A stretch of 64,000 bases of DNA from Syntrophales bacterium (GCA_963666365.2 CAXXNF010000001.1:608001-672000), one strand, 5' to 3'; numbered from the stretch's first letter, positions 20,139 to 30,796 are shown. A program made the numbers and translations. Notes: generated by a model not told the origin, from the letters alone.

Positions 20139-21677
20139 CTATTCCCACTCGATAGTACCCGGCGGTTTCGAGCTGATGTCGTAGACGACCCGGTTGACTC
20201 CCTTCACTTCATTGATGATCCGTGATGATATCCTGCTTAAAAGATCGGAAGGCAGTCTCGCCCAATCCGCCGTCATACCGTCCATGCTGGTCACTATCCT
20301 CAGGGCGATTACGCGTGCATACGTCCTTTCATCACCCATGACCCCCACGCTCTTCACCGGCAGAAGCACCGCAAATGACTGCCATATCTCATCATAGTTC
20401 TCGTACCGGGACATTTCGTCCTGCACGATCAGGTCCGCCGCCTGCAGGATGGCGAGGTTGTCCCAATTCACCTCGCCTACAATGCGCACCGCCAGTCCCG
20501 GCCCCGGAAAGGGCTGCCTCTTCAGCAGCCGGTCGGGCAGGCCCAGTTCTGTTCCCACTCTCCGTACCTCGTCTTTGAAGAGTTCCCGCAGCGGTTCGAG
20601 CAGTTCAAACCCCAGTTCTGCCGGGAGCCCCCCCACGTTATGGTGGCTCTTGATCAGGACGGAAGGTCCACCGTGGGCCGATTGACTTTCAATGACATCG
20701 GGATAGAGCGTTCCCTGGGCCAGAAACCGCGCATCCTTCATCCCGCGGGTCTGTTCTCTGAACACCCTGATGAAGGTTTCACCGATGATCTTTCTCTTGC
20801 GTTCGGGGTCGAGAACTCCGGCAAGCGCATCTACAAATTCACTCGCCGCATCCACTACGGTAATATTCATCGGATAATCCCGCGTAAAAATCGAACGGAT
20901 TTCCTCAACTTCATGTGCACGAAGAAGGCCGTTGTTTACAAAAAAGGACTTCGACTGTTCTCCGACGGCCCGATTGAGAAGGGCCGCCACTACCGCGGAA
21001 TCAACACCGCCGGAAAGAGCGCAGACCACTTCCGATTTTCCGACCGAATCTCGTATGCGGGCCACCGATTCTTCGATGAATGTGCCCATGGTCCACCCGC
21101 CGCGCAACCCGGCCACAGCGTAGAGAAAATTCTTCAACACCGCCGATCCCCGCGGCGTATGGACGACCTCGGGATGGAACTGGACACCGTAGCGCTTTCT
21201 CTTCTCATCGCCCATTGCCGCTACCGCACAGGCAGGCGTGGATGCAAGAATACGGAACCCTTCCGGCGGAATCACCACATGATCGCCATGGCTCATCCAG
21301 ACATCAAGACTTCCTCCCATTCCGGCAAAGAGCTCCGCATCATTTTTCACGTTTATCCTGGCAGGGCCGTACTCTCCGCTTTTTCCCCTTTCAACCTGCC
21401 CCCCCAACAGCAACCCCAGCAGCTGCATTCCGTAACAGATGCCGAATATGGGAATGGGGAGGTGCAATATGTCCGGATCGATATCGGGATGAACCGCATC
21501 AAGGACTGATGCCGGCCCCCCCGAGAACACCAGTGCCGACGGATTCATGGCCGTCAATTCATTTTTCGAAATTGTATGTCTCACGATCTCGCAATAGACG
21601 CCCAGCTCTCGAATCCGTCTCGCGATAAGCTGTGCGTATTGTGAACCGAAATCGAATACCGCTGCCATTTCCTTCAT
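20139..21677 (-). CDS. guaA: GMP synthase (glutamine-hydrolysing)
   Basis: [49 protein letters not shown] 8 nt before ATG 21677. Confidence 0.97.
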   Translation of the reverse strand: MKEMAAVFDFGSQYAQLIARRIRELGVYCEIVRHTISKNELTAMNPSALVFSGGPASVLDAVHPDIDPDILHLPIPIFGICYGMQLLGLLLGGQVERGKSGEYGPARINVKNDAELFAGMGGSLDVWMSHGDHVVIPPEGFRILASTPACAVAAMGDEKRKRYGVQFHPEVVHTPRGSAVLKNFLYAVAGLRGGWTMGTFIEESVARIRDSVGKSEVVCALSGGVDSAVVAALLNRAVGEQSKSFFVNNGLLRAHEVEEIRSIFTRDYPMNITVVDAASEFVDALAGVLDPERKRKIIGETFIRVFREQTRGMKDARFLAQGTLYPDVIESQSAHGGPSVLIKSHHNVGGLPAELGFELLEPLRELFKDEVRRVGTELGLPDRLLKRQPFPGPGLAVRIVGEVNWDNLAILQAADLIVQDEMSRYENYDEIWQSFAVLLPVKSVGVMGDERTYARVIALRIVTSMDGMTADWARLPSDLLSRISSRIINEVKGVNRVVYDISSKPPGTIEWE

Positions 21678-21753
21678 TATCTTCACTCCTGGATACGTGC
21701 CTGTTCCCGTTTCGTTGCCACCGCCCGCGGAATATTGCGTTTCCGCAAAGTCA

Positions 21754-22845
21754 TCATTGTTCACTTCTCTTCTTCATAGATTCGACAAAATCACTGAAGA
21801 GCGAACGGGCATCATGGGGACCGGGTCCCGCTTCGGGATGAAACTGCACCGAGAACACCGGCAGTACTTTGTGCCTGATTCCTTCCAGAGTTCCGTCATA
21901 AAGATTCACATGGGTTACTTTGATCACGTTTTTGTCAAGCGAATGTTCATCCACACAAAATCCATGATTCTGAACGGTAATATGAATTTTCCCCGTCGCC
22001 CTATCCTTGACGGGATGATTGCTTCCGTGGTGCCCGAATTTCAATTTATAGGTCTTTCCCCCCAGTGCCAGCCCCATGAGCTGGTGTCCCAGACAGATCC
22101 CGAAAAGAGGAACGTTCCCTTCGTTGATCAGCTCCCGAACCGTTTCCACCGCATAGGTGACGGCGGCCGGATCACCGGGACCATTTGACAGGAGCACGCC
22201 GTCGGGATTCAGTCGCATGATTTCATCAGCCGTGGCCCTCGCATTGAGCACGGTGACACGGCAGCCCGCTTCCTGGAGAAGCTGCAGGATGCTGGATTTC
22301 ACGCCGAAGTCGAGTACCGCTACCAGGGGACCTCCCTGCCGCCCAAGTTCGTAGGCATCGGGCGAACTGACCTCCCTTACCAGATCACGGCCCACAAGCC
22401 CCGGCGTCTTCTTCGCCCTTTCGACAAGCACCGCCGGATCGCTTTCGCGCGTCGATATGACGGCCCGCATGGCGCCCGCCTCCCTGATGTGTCTCGTCAG
22501 CGCCCGCGTGTCGACGCCGCAGATACCGGGTACGTCATGTTCCCTCAACAAGGAGTCCAGATCGCCGGAGGATCTCCAGTTACGCGCCCTGCGGCTCAGC
22601 TCACCGATCACGAACCCTTCCAGCCAGAGAGCGCGAGACTCATTGTCCTGATCATTCACACCGTAGTTGCCGATCAGAGGGTAGGTCATGGCGACAATCT
22701 GTCCCTTGTAGGACGGATCCGTCAACACTTCCTGGTACCCCGTCATGCCGGTATTAAAGACGATCTCTCCGCTCCGTTCGCCGGCGGCGCCAAAGGATGC
22801 ACCTTCAAAATACCTTCCGTCTTCCAGCGCAAGAATTGCTTTCAT
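21754..22845 (-). CDS. carA: Carbamoyl-phosphate synthase small subunit
   Basis: FNTGMTGYQE, SNGPGDP, GICLGHQ, QFHPE. Confidence 0.97.
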   Translation of the reverse strand: MKAILALEDGRYFEGASFGAAGERSGEIVFNTGMTGYQEVLTDPSYKGQIVAMTYPLIGNYGVNDQDNESRALWLEGFVIGELSRRARNWRSSGDLDSLLREHDVPGICGVDTRALTRHIREAGAMRAVISTRESDPAVLVERAKKTPGLVGRDLVREVSSPDAYELGRQGGPLVAVLDFGVKSSILQLLQEAGCRVTVLNARATADEIMRLNPDGVLLSNGPGDPAAVTYAVETVRELINEGNVPLFGICLGHQLMGLALGGKTYKLKFGHHGSNHPVKDRATGKIHITVQNHGFCVDEHSLDKNVIKVTHVNLYDGTLEGIRHKVLPVFSVQFHPEAGPGPHDARSLFSDFVESMKKRSEQ

Positions 22846-22914
22846 AATAAAACCCGTGGTTCAAGTTCAAGGATTCCGGGGACCAGGCACATTCATACTA
22901 CGGCCTGACAACAG

Positions 22915-24345
22915 CTATGTGGCGGCTTCGCCGAACCGTTCCTTATCGAAGTTCTTTGGCGTCGCCGTGGGATAGTCCCCGGTAAAACAGGCCCTGCAAT
23001 AGGCCGATCCGTCATTGACTGTTTTCAGCATCCCCTCCACTGAAAGGTAGGCCAGCGAATCGGCTCCCAGATATCTCCTTATCTCTTCTACACTATGAGA
23101 TGCGGCAATGAGTTCTTTGCGGTTCGAAATATCGATCCCGTAGTAGCAGGGATGGATCACGGGCGGGGAGCTTACCCGCACATGCACTTCCACGGCTCCT
23201 GCATCGCGAATCAGATGGATCAGCTGTCGCAAGGTGGTGCCTCTCACTATTGAGTCTTCAACCACTACCACACGTTTCCCCTTCAGCACACCGGAAACGG
23301 TGTTGAATTTAATCTTTACATCGAGGTCCCGCTCGTGCTGGTGCGGCTCGATAAAGGTTCTTCCCACGTAGTGATTTCGTATCAGACCGATCTCAAAACG
23401 AATTTTCGCCGTTCGCGCATATCCCAGTGCTGCCGTGTTGGCGGAATCGGGAACGGCGATCACAAGATCGGCGTCGCAGGGCGCCTCTTTTGCCAGCGTT
23501 GTGCCAAGCTTCCTTCGTATTTTATCCACCTTGTCGCCAAATATGATACTGTCCGGTCTCGAAAAGTATATAAACTCGAATACACAAAAGGACCGTGACG
23601 GCGCTTCCTGAAGATGGATCGAGGAGACTCCCGATTCATCTATGGAAAGAATTTCTCCCGGCGCCACCTCCCTGATATATTGAGCATTTATAATATCGAG
23701 GGCACAGGACTCGGAGGCCACCACATACCCGCCGTTGATTTTACCGACACACAATGGTCTGAAGCCGCGGGGATCCCGCACCGCAATTACTTTTGACGGA
23801 GTAAGAAAAACAAAACTGTAGGCCCCTTCTATTTTTTCCAGAGAATCGGCAATCATTTCCTCGATGGGGCCCTTTTTGGACCGCGCAATCAAGTGGAGCA
23901 CAATTTCACTGTCCGAGGTCGTCTGAAAAATCGATCCTTCTTCTTCCATCCACCTTCGCAGTTCAGCGGCATTGACCACGTTTCCATTGTGAGCGGCCGC
24001 AATTTTCCCGCCCTTGAAACGAATAAGTATGGGTTGCGCGTTTTCAAGCCCCGAGAGACCCGTGGTCGAATACCGGTTATGACCGATAGCGGAACACCCC
24101 GTCAGCGTATCCAGCACATCGCTTCCGGCAAAGACCGCAGACACCAGCCCCATACCTTTGTGAAGTGAAAGAGTGCATCCATCGGATGCAGCGATGCCTG
24201 CGCTCTCCTGTCCCCGATGCTGCAGGGAGTAAAGCCCCAAATATGTTTTGCGCACCGCTTCTTTATCACCGAAGATGCCGAATACGGCGCAGCACTCTTT
24301 GATACCGCCGTGCGTCTCGTGACAGGCCTCGTGGTAGCAGGGCAT
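22915..24345 (-). CDS. purF: Amidophosphoribosyltransferase (Fe-S type, with propeptide)
   Basis: KECCAVFG N-terminus, QHRGQESAG, HNRYST, VVVEDSIVRG PRPP motif, Fe-S Cys (FCVFE, PCYYG, YCRAC). Confidence 0.96.
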   Translation of the reverse strand: MPCYHEACHETHGGIKECCAVFGIFGDKEAVRKTYLGLYSLQHRGQESAGIAASDGCTLSLHKGMGLVSAVFAGSDVLDTLTGCSAIGHNRYSTTGLSGLENAQPILIRFKGGKIAAAHNGNVVNAAELRRWMEEEGSIFQTTSDSEIVLHLIARSKKGPIEEMIADSLEKIEGAYSFVFLTPSKVIAVRDPRGFRPLCVGKINGGYVVASESCALDIINAQYIREVAPGEILSIDESGVSSIHLQEAPSRSFCVFEFIYFSRPDSIIFGDKVDKIRRKLGTTLAKEAPCDADLVIAVPDSANTAALGYARTAKIRFEIGLIRNHYVGRTFIEPHQHERDLDVKIKFNTVSGVLKGKRVVVVEDSIVRGTTLRQLIHLIRDAGAVEVHVRVSSPPVIHPCYYGIDISNRKELIAASHSVEEIRRYLGADSLAYLSVEGMLKTVNDGSAYCRACFTGDYPTATPKNFDKERFGEAAT

Positions 24346-24349
24346 CGTC

Positions 24350-25540
24350 TTATTCCTCCTCCCCGCGCCGGGTTATTGTGATACCCTGGAGGCGATTCAG
24401 TGCCGTTTCCAGACGATCCTCCGGCATGGTCAGGCTCATGCGGATGAACCCCTCGCCATGTGTTCCGAAGCCGACACCCGGCGTACACACAACACCGGTT
24501 TTTTCGAGAATATGGGCACAGAAATCCATGGATTTCCACCCTGCGGGCACAGGCGCCCATACATAAAAAGTGGCCGTCGGCATTTGGACATTCCAGCCCA
24601 TTTCGTTCAACCCGTTTACGAATCGTCTGGACCTCGATTCAAAAATGCCGCATAGTTTCTGAAGATCCTCCTCACATTCAGAAAGGGCCGTCACGGCGGC
24701 TTCCTGCACCGGCAGAAAGATTCCCGAATCCAGATTGGTTTTCACCCGGGCAAGGGCATCGATTATCTCGGCATTTCCCACGGCGAATCCCACCCTCCAG
24801 CCGGGCATGCAGAACGTTTTTGAAAGGGAATGGAATTCCACCCCCCACTCCTTCCCCCCCCGTGTTTGAAGAATGCTCGGTGATCGATTTCCGTTGTATA
24901 CAATCTCCGCATAGGCGGCATCATGACATACCGCCAATTGATGATCAGCAGCAAAGTCAATTACCTTCTGAAACATATCGAGATCGGCACAGGCCGCGGT
25001 GGGATTGGAAGGATAATTAATCCACATCAGTTTTGTATTGGACGACACAAGGAGAGTAAGTTCCTTTATATCGGGAAGAAAGCCGTTTTTCTCCCTCAAG
25101 GGAAAGAACAGCGGGACTCCGCCGGCAAGAGTGGTCCCCGCCGTATACACGGGGTATCCCGGATCGGGAAGCAGTACTTCCTGACCGGGATTGACAAGAG
25201 ACAAAAACACATGACCGATCCCCTCTTTGGAACCCAGCAGCGGCAGCACTTCCCTGTCCGGATCGAGGCTGACCCCGTAGCGCTTTTCAAACCACCGGGC
25301 GAAGACGGACCTCAGTTTCGGCAATCCGTCATAGGATGAATAATGATGGCTGCCCGCCCTTTTCACACTTTCAATGAGCGACTCAATAACCGCCTTGGGA
25401 GGACCCAGATCGGGATCACCGATCCCGAGATCAATCACATCGATGCCCCGCTTACGGGCATCGGCCTTCAATGTATCGATGCGCGCAAAAAGGTAGGGAG
25501 GTATCTGCTGAATTCTCTGTGATGCAATAGTACCCGACAT
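24350..25540 (-). CDS. dapL: LL-diaminopimelate aminotransferase (class I/II PLP)
   Basis: IPPYLFARID, LGIGDPD, NYPSNPT, HDAAY, SLSKT; adjacent to dapF. Confidence 0.82.
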   Translation of the reverse strand: MSGTIASQRIQQIPPYLFARIDTLKADARKRGIDVIDLGIGDPDLGPPKAVIESLIESVKRAGSHHYSSYDGLPKLRSVFARWFEKRYGVSLDPDREVLPLLGSKEGIGHVFLSLVNPGQEVLLPDPGYPVYTAGTTLAGGVPLFFPLREKNGFLPDIKELTLLVSSNTKLMWINYPSNPTAACADLDMFQKVIDFAADHQLAVCHDAAYAEIVYNGNRSPSILQTRGGKEWGVEFHSLSKTFCMPGWRVGFAVGNAEIIDALARVKTNLDSGIFLPVQEAAVTALSECEEDLQKLCGIFESRSRRFVNGLNEMGWNVQMPTATFYVWAPVPAGWKSMDFCAHILEKTGVVCTPGVGFGTHGEGFIRMSLTMPEDRLETALNRLQGITITRRGEEE

Positions 25541-25542
25541 TT

Positions 25543-26427
25543 CTACTCCTCAGGGAGAGGCGCAAGCCCCTCGTATACCCAGGAAATTATTCCGCTGAGC
25601 CATACGTCGCTATAATAGGAATTTTGATCACGAAAGCGGACGGAAAGTTCACCACCGGCCACCTCAACCGTCAGAGATTCCGCCGTTGTGCCGCCTATCA
25701 TCGTAGCCGCAATGGCCGATGCAACAATGCCGGTGCCACAGGCCAGCGTCTCCCCCTCTACACCCCGCTCATAGGTGCGTACACGGATTCTGTCGGGTCC
25801 CACAATTTCGACAAAATCCACATTTGCGCCCCTGGGACTGAAAAGGGAGTGAAAGCGGACTTCTCTTCCGATTTCCCGTATGTCGTCATCCCGAACCGCC
25901 ATCAACGGTCCTTTTAATACGGACGCATCCTCCGCATCTTTCATGAATATGACAGCGTGAGGGACTCCGGAATCGATAAAATGGAAGGGAACTACCCTGC
26001 CTCGTTCCAGCGTAATGATACGTCCTCCCTCGCTCTTTTGAACATCGGTCAGCTTGATCGACACATTCTTTTCGTCTACAAGCGCTTCTATAATTCCGGC
26101 AAGGGTTTCGAATTTAAGGGGGGAACCGGCGATGTTCCGTTCAAGTGCAAAGGCCGCGGCGCATCGCGCTCCGTTTCCGCACATCTCCGCTTCGCTTCCG
26201 TCTGCATTAAAAATCCTCAGGTTGAAATCCGCCTGATCAGACGGTCCAAGCACAAGTATGCCGTCAGCGCCGATTGAACGGCGTCGTTCGCACAACTGAC
26301 GGGCGCATAAGTACCATGCAATATCAAACTCACCGGACATATTATCCACTACAATAAAATCGTTTCCATGACCGGACATCTTTGAAAAAGAAAGGTGCCC
26401 CGGTTCGCTGTGCCACATCATCTTCAT
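25543..26427 (-). CDS. dapF: Diaminopimelate epimerase
   Basis: KMSGHGNDF, GADG, EMCGNGARC, GVPH, TYERG, TLACGTG. Confidence 0.95.
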   Translation of the reverse strand: MKMMWHSEPGHLSFSKMSGHGNDFIVVDNMSGEFDIAWYLCARQLCERRRSIGADGILVLGPSDQADFNLRIFNADGSEAEMCGNGARCAAAFALERNIAGSPLKFETLAGIIEALVDEKNVSIKLTDVQKSEGGRIITLERGRVVPFHFIDSGVPHAVIFMKDAEDASVLKGPLMAVRDDDIREIGREVRFHSLFSPRGANVDFVEIVGPDRIRVRTYERGVEGETLACGTGIVASAIAATMIGGTTAESLTVEVAGGELSVRFRDQNSYYSDVWLSGIISWVYEGLAPLPEE

Positions 26428-26531
26428 GCTCCACCTCCTGCAGGCCGTTTTTCACGTATCGCTCTAGCAAAAACACTTCATATGCGTATATACCCGTTCC
26501 AACCTACAAGGTCAAACTTCTTGGAATATAC

Positions 26532-26547
26532 AGCAATATCAGTGCCA
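26532..26547 (-). promoter_or_regulatory. sigma54 (-24/-12) promoter of the dapF...carB operon
   Basis: Reverse complement reads TGGCAC-TGATA-TTGCT, a perfect consensus, about 105 nt upstream of dapF. Confidence 0.85.
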
Positions 26548-26636
26548 AAAATCCGCAGAACAAGAAAACGTCCTATCATATTGTGATCATTAACAGTATT
26601 ACAATCCAACCGTAAAAAATGACATCCAAGCACAGG

Positions 26637-26672
26637 TGTCACTACTACGATATGGTAGGATTACGGACAATT
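26637..26672. promoter_or_regulatory. Putative UAS shared with the amtB promoter
   Basis: TGTCACTACTACGATATGGTAGGATTACGGACAATT; 25/36 positions match 831-865 by manual alignment; contains GGT-N10-ACA. Confidence 0.6.
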
Positions 26673-26705
26673 ATCTACTGAAATGTGAGAAATAGAAGCG
26701 ACAGC

Positions 26706-26736
26706 TTGACATTGTTTTCCTCCTGGTGTATATATT
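26706..26736 (+). promoter_or_regulatory. Putative sigma70 promoter of the methyltransferase operon
   Basis: TTGACA followed 17-19 nt later by TATATA/TATATT. Confidence 0.4.
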
Positions 26737-26810
26737 TCAGCAATGAATATTTCAATTAGTATCTTAAGTGCCTGTCTGGTATTCCATAGACATCGAGGGT
26801 AGGTAACACA

Positions 26811-27509
26811 ATGGAACGAATAGAAGCGACTATAAAATCAAGTCTTCACTCTCGCCCACTGGAAAGCGCCGAAGTAGCACAATTGTTGAAGGGACGGCAC
26901 GGCCGAAGGCTCGCGAGATCTTTTCGACACAGCGAAATGAACCACCTGCTGGACCGGTGGATCGAACCTCGATTGAGCTTTTGCGTCAAACACATTCTCT
27001 TCGTAGAAAACGGCGTCGTGGGTCTCGAGGGAAACGTGGAGTTGAAAAGCCCGACACTGGCCCGCGTCCTGCGGGACTGCAAAACGGCGGTATGTTTTAT
27101 TGCCACCATCGGCCCTGCTATTGACCAGGCTGTCAAACAGGCAAATTCGAAACATAACCTCACAGAGGCCTATCTCGTAGACAAAATCGGTTCCGCTGCC
27201 GTTGAAGATGTAGTTGATGCGTTTCAACGTCTTATGGGCGCACACGCTCAAAAGAGGCATGAAGGCATGACCTATCGCTTCAGTCCCGGCTATTGCGACT
27301 GGCCCCTTGGGGAACAGAAAAAACTCTTCTCCCTGGTCGACACAACCAGAATCGGCGTGTCTCTTTCCTCATCATGCCTGATGACACCGCGCAAAACGGT
27401 TTCGGGAATATTCGGGGTGTTGCCGCCGGGGCACGTTCCCTACAACCCCTGTATATCCTGCGGAAAAAAACAGTGCACTGCGAGACGGCTGCGCATGCGG
27501 TTGACGTGA
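26811..27509 (+). CDS. Stand-alone B12-dependent methionine synthase activation (AdoMet-binding) domain protein
   Basis: FIATIG, D.IGSAAVE, RFSPGYCDWPL, LMTPRKTVSG; C-terminal CxxCxxxxC. Confidence 0.85.
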   Translation: MERIEATIKSSLHSRPLESAEVAQLLKGRHGRRLARSFRHSEMNHLLDRWIEPRLSFCVKHILFVENGVVGLEGNVELKSPTLARVLRDCKTAVCFIATIGPAIDQAVKQANSKHNLTEAYLVDKIGSAAVEDVVDAFQRLMGAHAQKRHEGMTYRFSPGYCDWPLGEQKKLFSLVDTTRIGVSLSSSCLMTPRKTVSGIFGVLPPGHVPYNPCISCGKKQCTARRLRMRLT

Positions 27510-27555
27510 CGTTGCGCACCGCTCCCTTTTCTCTATTCCTTAGGAAGACAGACGC

Positions 27556-28428
27556 ATGAAGATAAAAGATATTTTTAATATCCACAAACCAGTACTTTCC
27601 TTCGAAGTGTTTCCCCCGGTTCGTGACGGCACGTCGGATCGGCTTTTTACGGTCATTGAACGGCTCTCGGAACTCAACCCCGATTTCATTTCAGTTACCT
27701 ACGGCGCCGGTGGAACCACCCAGGATATGTCGGTAGATATTGCCAGAGCGCTCAAGAAAAAAGGAACCGCTGAAGTAATGGCTCATTTGACCTGTGGCGG
27801 CGCCACCGTTGATGAAATAGAGCAGGTGCTTGGCGACCTGACCCGGGGCAACGTAAAAAATATTCTGGCCCTTCGCGGCGATCCTCCTGCGGATCAGACC
27901 TGCTTTGTAAAAAGAGAGGGTGGATTTGAATATGCCTGTGAGCTGGTGGCATTTATCAACAGTTACAATTTTTTCTCAATAGGGGTGGCCGGGTATCCGG
28001 AAGGACATTCAGAAGCGCCCAGTTTCGAAGCCGATATCGAAAATCTCAGGAAAAAGGTAGATGCCGGGGCCGACTTCGTAATCACCCAGCTTTTCTATGA
28101 TAATGACGATTTCTACAGATTCAGAGACGCTGCCCTTCGGGCGGGGATTCAGGTTCCCATCATCCCCGGAATCTTTCCTATATTCAATTATCGCCAAATT
28201 CAAAAAATTGCATTACTTTGCGGCGCCACGATCCCCTCCTCGCTTCATGACAGGCTTTGCCGCGTAAAGGGCGACAGCGATCTGGTCGAAGAATACGGCA
28301 TCGACTATGCACTGTGTCAAAGCGAGGATCTCATAAAAAACGGGGTTCCGGGGCTTCATTTTTACAGCATGAACCGAAGCAGGCATGTGGAGAGGATCGT
28401 GCGCAATCTTTCCTGGGAAAGAGGATAG
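27556..28428 (+). CDS. metF: 5,10-methylenetetrahydrofolate reductase
   Basis: SFEVFPP, SVTYGAGG, AHLTC, LALRGD, AGYPEGH, ITQLFYD, HFYSMN. Confidence 0.95.
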   Translation: MKIKDIFNIHKPVLSFEVFPPVRDGTSDRLFTVIERLSELNPDFISVTYGAGGTTQDMSVDIARALKKKGTAEVMAHLTCGGATVDEIEQVLGDLTRGNVKNILALRGDPPADQTCFVKREGGFEYACELVAFINSYNFFSIGVAGYPEGHSEAPSFEADIENLRKKVDAGADFVITQLFYDNDDFYRFRDAALRAGIQVPIIPGIFPIFNYRQIQKIALLCGATIPSSLHDRLCRVKGDSDLVEEYGIDYALCQSEDLIKNGVPGLHFYSMNRSRHVERIVRNLSWERG

Positions 28429-28432
28429 GGGC

Positions 28433-29887
28433 ATGAAGAATAAAAATTTTTACCAAGGCGGCGCCTATCGCCCTCTCACCAATGAGGATATTGAAAAGAT
28501 ACACAATGCCTCGCTCAAGGTATTCGAGGAAGTGGGCATAGAAGTCAGACTGCCGGAAGCCCGGGAACTCTTTCAGAAGGCCGGCGCAGCTGTTGCCGCC
28601 GACGACCCGGTTGTCAAGATCCCCGCGGTTCTCGTCGAGGAACTTTTGCGCCATGCACCGCCCTATGTGATCCTTTGCGGTCGGGATGAAACAGGGGTCT
28701 TCGATTGCGAGATCGGGGGGCGAAACGTCTATATGGGAACAGGGGGGACGGCACTGAACGTGCAGGATTCAGGCGCCTCTGACTCCCGCAGGGCTACCAT
28801 CGACGATGTGGTTGCCATGGCTCGACTGGTGGAACGGCTTGATAATATACATTTTTACATGTTGAATGTCTATCCCAACGAACTGCCGGCCGATACAGTG
28901 GACGTGAACCGCTTCGGCGCCGCGCTGAAGTATACCCGAAAACACATCATGGGGGGCGTGTACACCAAAGAAGGGGTCAGAGATGTGATTAAAATGGCCG
29001 AAATCATCGTCGGCGGCGCCCAGGCATTGCGGGAGCGTCCCGTGATTTCCATGGTTACCTGCGTGGTAAGCCCGCTTCGGCTGGACGAACATTATTCCGG
29101 TCTTACCATCGAAGTGGCCCGTCAGGGAATTCCGGTGGTCGTACCGGCCGAACCGCTCTGCGGCGCCACAGGCCCCGTGACGCTGGCGGGTACACTGGTG
29201 GTACAGAACGTGGATACGCTGGCCGGCGTCATGCTGGCGCAATTGGCAAATCGAGGAACGCCGGTGATCTATGGAAGCGTTGCATCGGTGGCGGATCTTG
29301 CAAGTATGAAATACCTGTCCGGCGCCGTCGAAATGGGCCTGTTGAATGCCGCAGCCGCTCAGATGGCGCAGTATTATAGGCTTCCCTACTATGCGACGGC
29401 GGGAATGACCGATTCGAAGGTTCCCGATGCACAGGCAGGCTACGAGTCGGCGCTCACCAATCTCATGGTGGCCCTGGCGGGAGGGAACTTCATTCATGAC
29501 GCAGCAGGGTTCATAGAATTCTGTATGACCGCTTCATATGACAAACTGGTCATCGACAATGAACTCATCGGCATGGTGATGCGGGCCGTTGCCGGCATCG
29601 AAGTGAACGAAGAAACAATTGCCCTTGATGTGATCAAAAAGGTGGGCCCCGGCGGGCATTATGTAGCCCAGCGGCACACGCGTCGCCATATGCGCACGGA
29701 ACACTACGTACCGCAATTCGGCGACAGGAGCGACCGCGTCGAGTGGGAGCGAAAGGGCGCTGCCGATGCGAGGGCAAGAGCAACAGCAAAGGTACGCGAA
29801 ATACTTGATGAACCGCCAAGATCATATATTCCCGACGGCACAATGAAGGAGCTTTTTGCAACAATTCCGAATCTTAGAAACCTTTAG
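28433..29887 (+). CDS. MttB-superfamily (trimethylamine methyltransferase family) corrinoid methyltransferase, non-pyrrolysine
   Basis: IEKIHNASLKVFEEVGI, SPL, GATGPVTLAG, TDSKVPDAQAGYE, VGPGGHY; no in-frame TAG. Confidence 0.92.
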   Translation: MKNKNFYQGGAYRPLTNEDIEKIHNASLKVFEEVGIEVRLPEARELFQKAGAAVAADDPVVKIPAVLVEELLRHAPPYVILCGRDETGVFDCEIGGRNVYMGTGGTALNVQDSGASDSRRATIDDVVAMARLVERLDNIHFYMLNVYPNELPADTVDVNRFGAALKYTRKHIMGGVYTKEGVRDVIKMAEIIVGGAQALRERPVISMVTCVVSPLRLDEHYSGLTIEVARQGIPVVVPAEPLCGATGPVTLAGTLVVQNVDTLAGVMLAQLANRGTPVIYGSVASVADLASMKYLSGAVEMGLLNAAAAQMAQYYRLPYYATAGMTDSKVPDAQAGYESALTNLMVALAGGNFIHDAAGFIEFCMTASYDKLVIDNELIGMVMRAVAGIEVNEETIALDVIKKVGPGGHYVAQRHTRRHMRTEHYVPQFGDRSDRVEWERKGAADARARATAKVREILDEPPRSYIPDGTMKELFATIPNLRNL

Positions 29888-29989
29888 AAAAAAAACGGTC
29901 TCGCCCAGAGAGACAGCCAATAAGAATTTCAAATAATATTTTTCCCCTGCGAGCTCTGCGTTCCTGCAGGAGAAATAGGGAGTGTGCAT

Positions 29990-30796
29990 ATGCTGATTAT
30001 AGGAGAAAAGATCAATGCATCCATTCCATCGGTAAAAGAGGCTATTGTCAAAAAAGACGAGGCCTTTCTTGCCGGCCTCGCCCGGGATCAGGCGGATGCA
30101 GGCGCCGATTTCATTGATGTCAATGCCGGAGAGGGGATCGGCGGGCGTACACCTGTGGCAATAATGAAATGGCTTGTCGAAATTGTGCAGAATGCCACGG
30201 ATAGACCGCTCTGTTTCGACAGTGATGATCCGGTTGTTCTCGAGGCGGCTCTCTCACAATACCGGGAAGAGCGGGCAATGATCAATTCGGTCAATGCCGA
30301 ACCGGAAAAACTGGAACCGGTGGGACGCATCGCCGCTGAGCGGAAGACCGATCTCGTGGCCCTGGTCATGAAAGAAGGGGGCGTCCCCCGACTGATCAGT
30401 GAGCGTCTCGAAGCGGCGGACATAATCATGGAGCATCTTGGACGCCTTAATGTGTCGGAAGAGCAGGTCCTTTTCGATCCGCTGGTTCTTCCCATATCCG
30501 TCGATTCGATGCAGGGAAAGGTCACCCTGAAGACGATCGAAAGTCTCAAAGATCGCTATCCCCGCGCAAAAACCGTCATGGGACTCAGCAATATATCCTA
30601 CGGTCTCCCGGCCCGGGCCATCGTGAACAGATCGTTCTTTCTCATGGCGGCAGCATACGGCCTTGACGGGGCTATCCTGAATCCTCTCGACACCCGTCTC
30701 ATGAGCCTGGTCAAGGTGGCCGACATGCTGACGGACAGAGATCCCCGGTGCAAGAAATTCACCAATGCCTACCGGAAGGGGCTGCTGGTGCAATAA
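29990..30796 (+). CDS. Methyl-THF:corrinoid methyltransferase (pterin-binding, AcsE/MtqA-like)
   Basis: IIGEKIN, FIDVNAG, CFDS, INSV, FDPLV, MGLSNISYGLP, AILNP. Confidence 0.9.
   Translation: MLIIGEKINASIPSVKEAIVKKDEAFLAGLARDQADAGADFIDVNAGEGIGGRTPVAIMKWLVEIVQNATDRPLCFDSDDPVVLEAALSQYREERAMINSVNAEPEKLEPVGRIAAERKTDLVALVMKEGGVPRLISERLEAADIIMEHLGRLNVSEEQVLFDPLVLPISVDSMQGKVTLKTIESLKDRYPRAKTVMGLSNISYGLPARAIVNRSFFLMAAAYGLDGAILNPLDTRLMSLVKVADMLTDRDPRCKKFTNAYRKGLLVQ

Noticed and set aside
21678..21764. Extended guaA N-terminus
   Set aside because: An AGGAG RBS supports ATG 21677 and the extension has no GuaA similarity.
22915..24345. Inactive PurF because of the KECCAVFG N-terminus
   Set aside because: A Cys remains at the mature N-terminal position and all other motifs are intact.
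26590..26810. SAM or cobalamin riboswitch ahead of the metF/methyltransferase operon
   Set aside because: No recognisable conserved riboswitch core, and the leader after the putative promoter is short.
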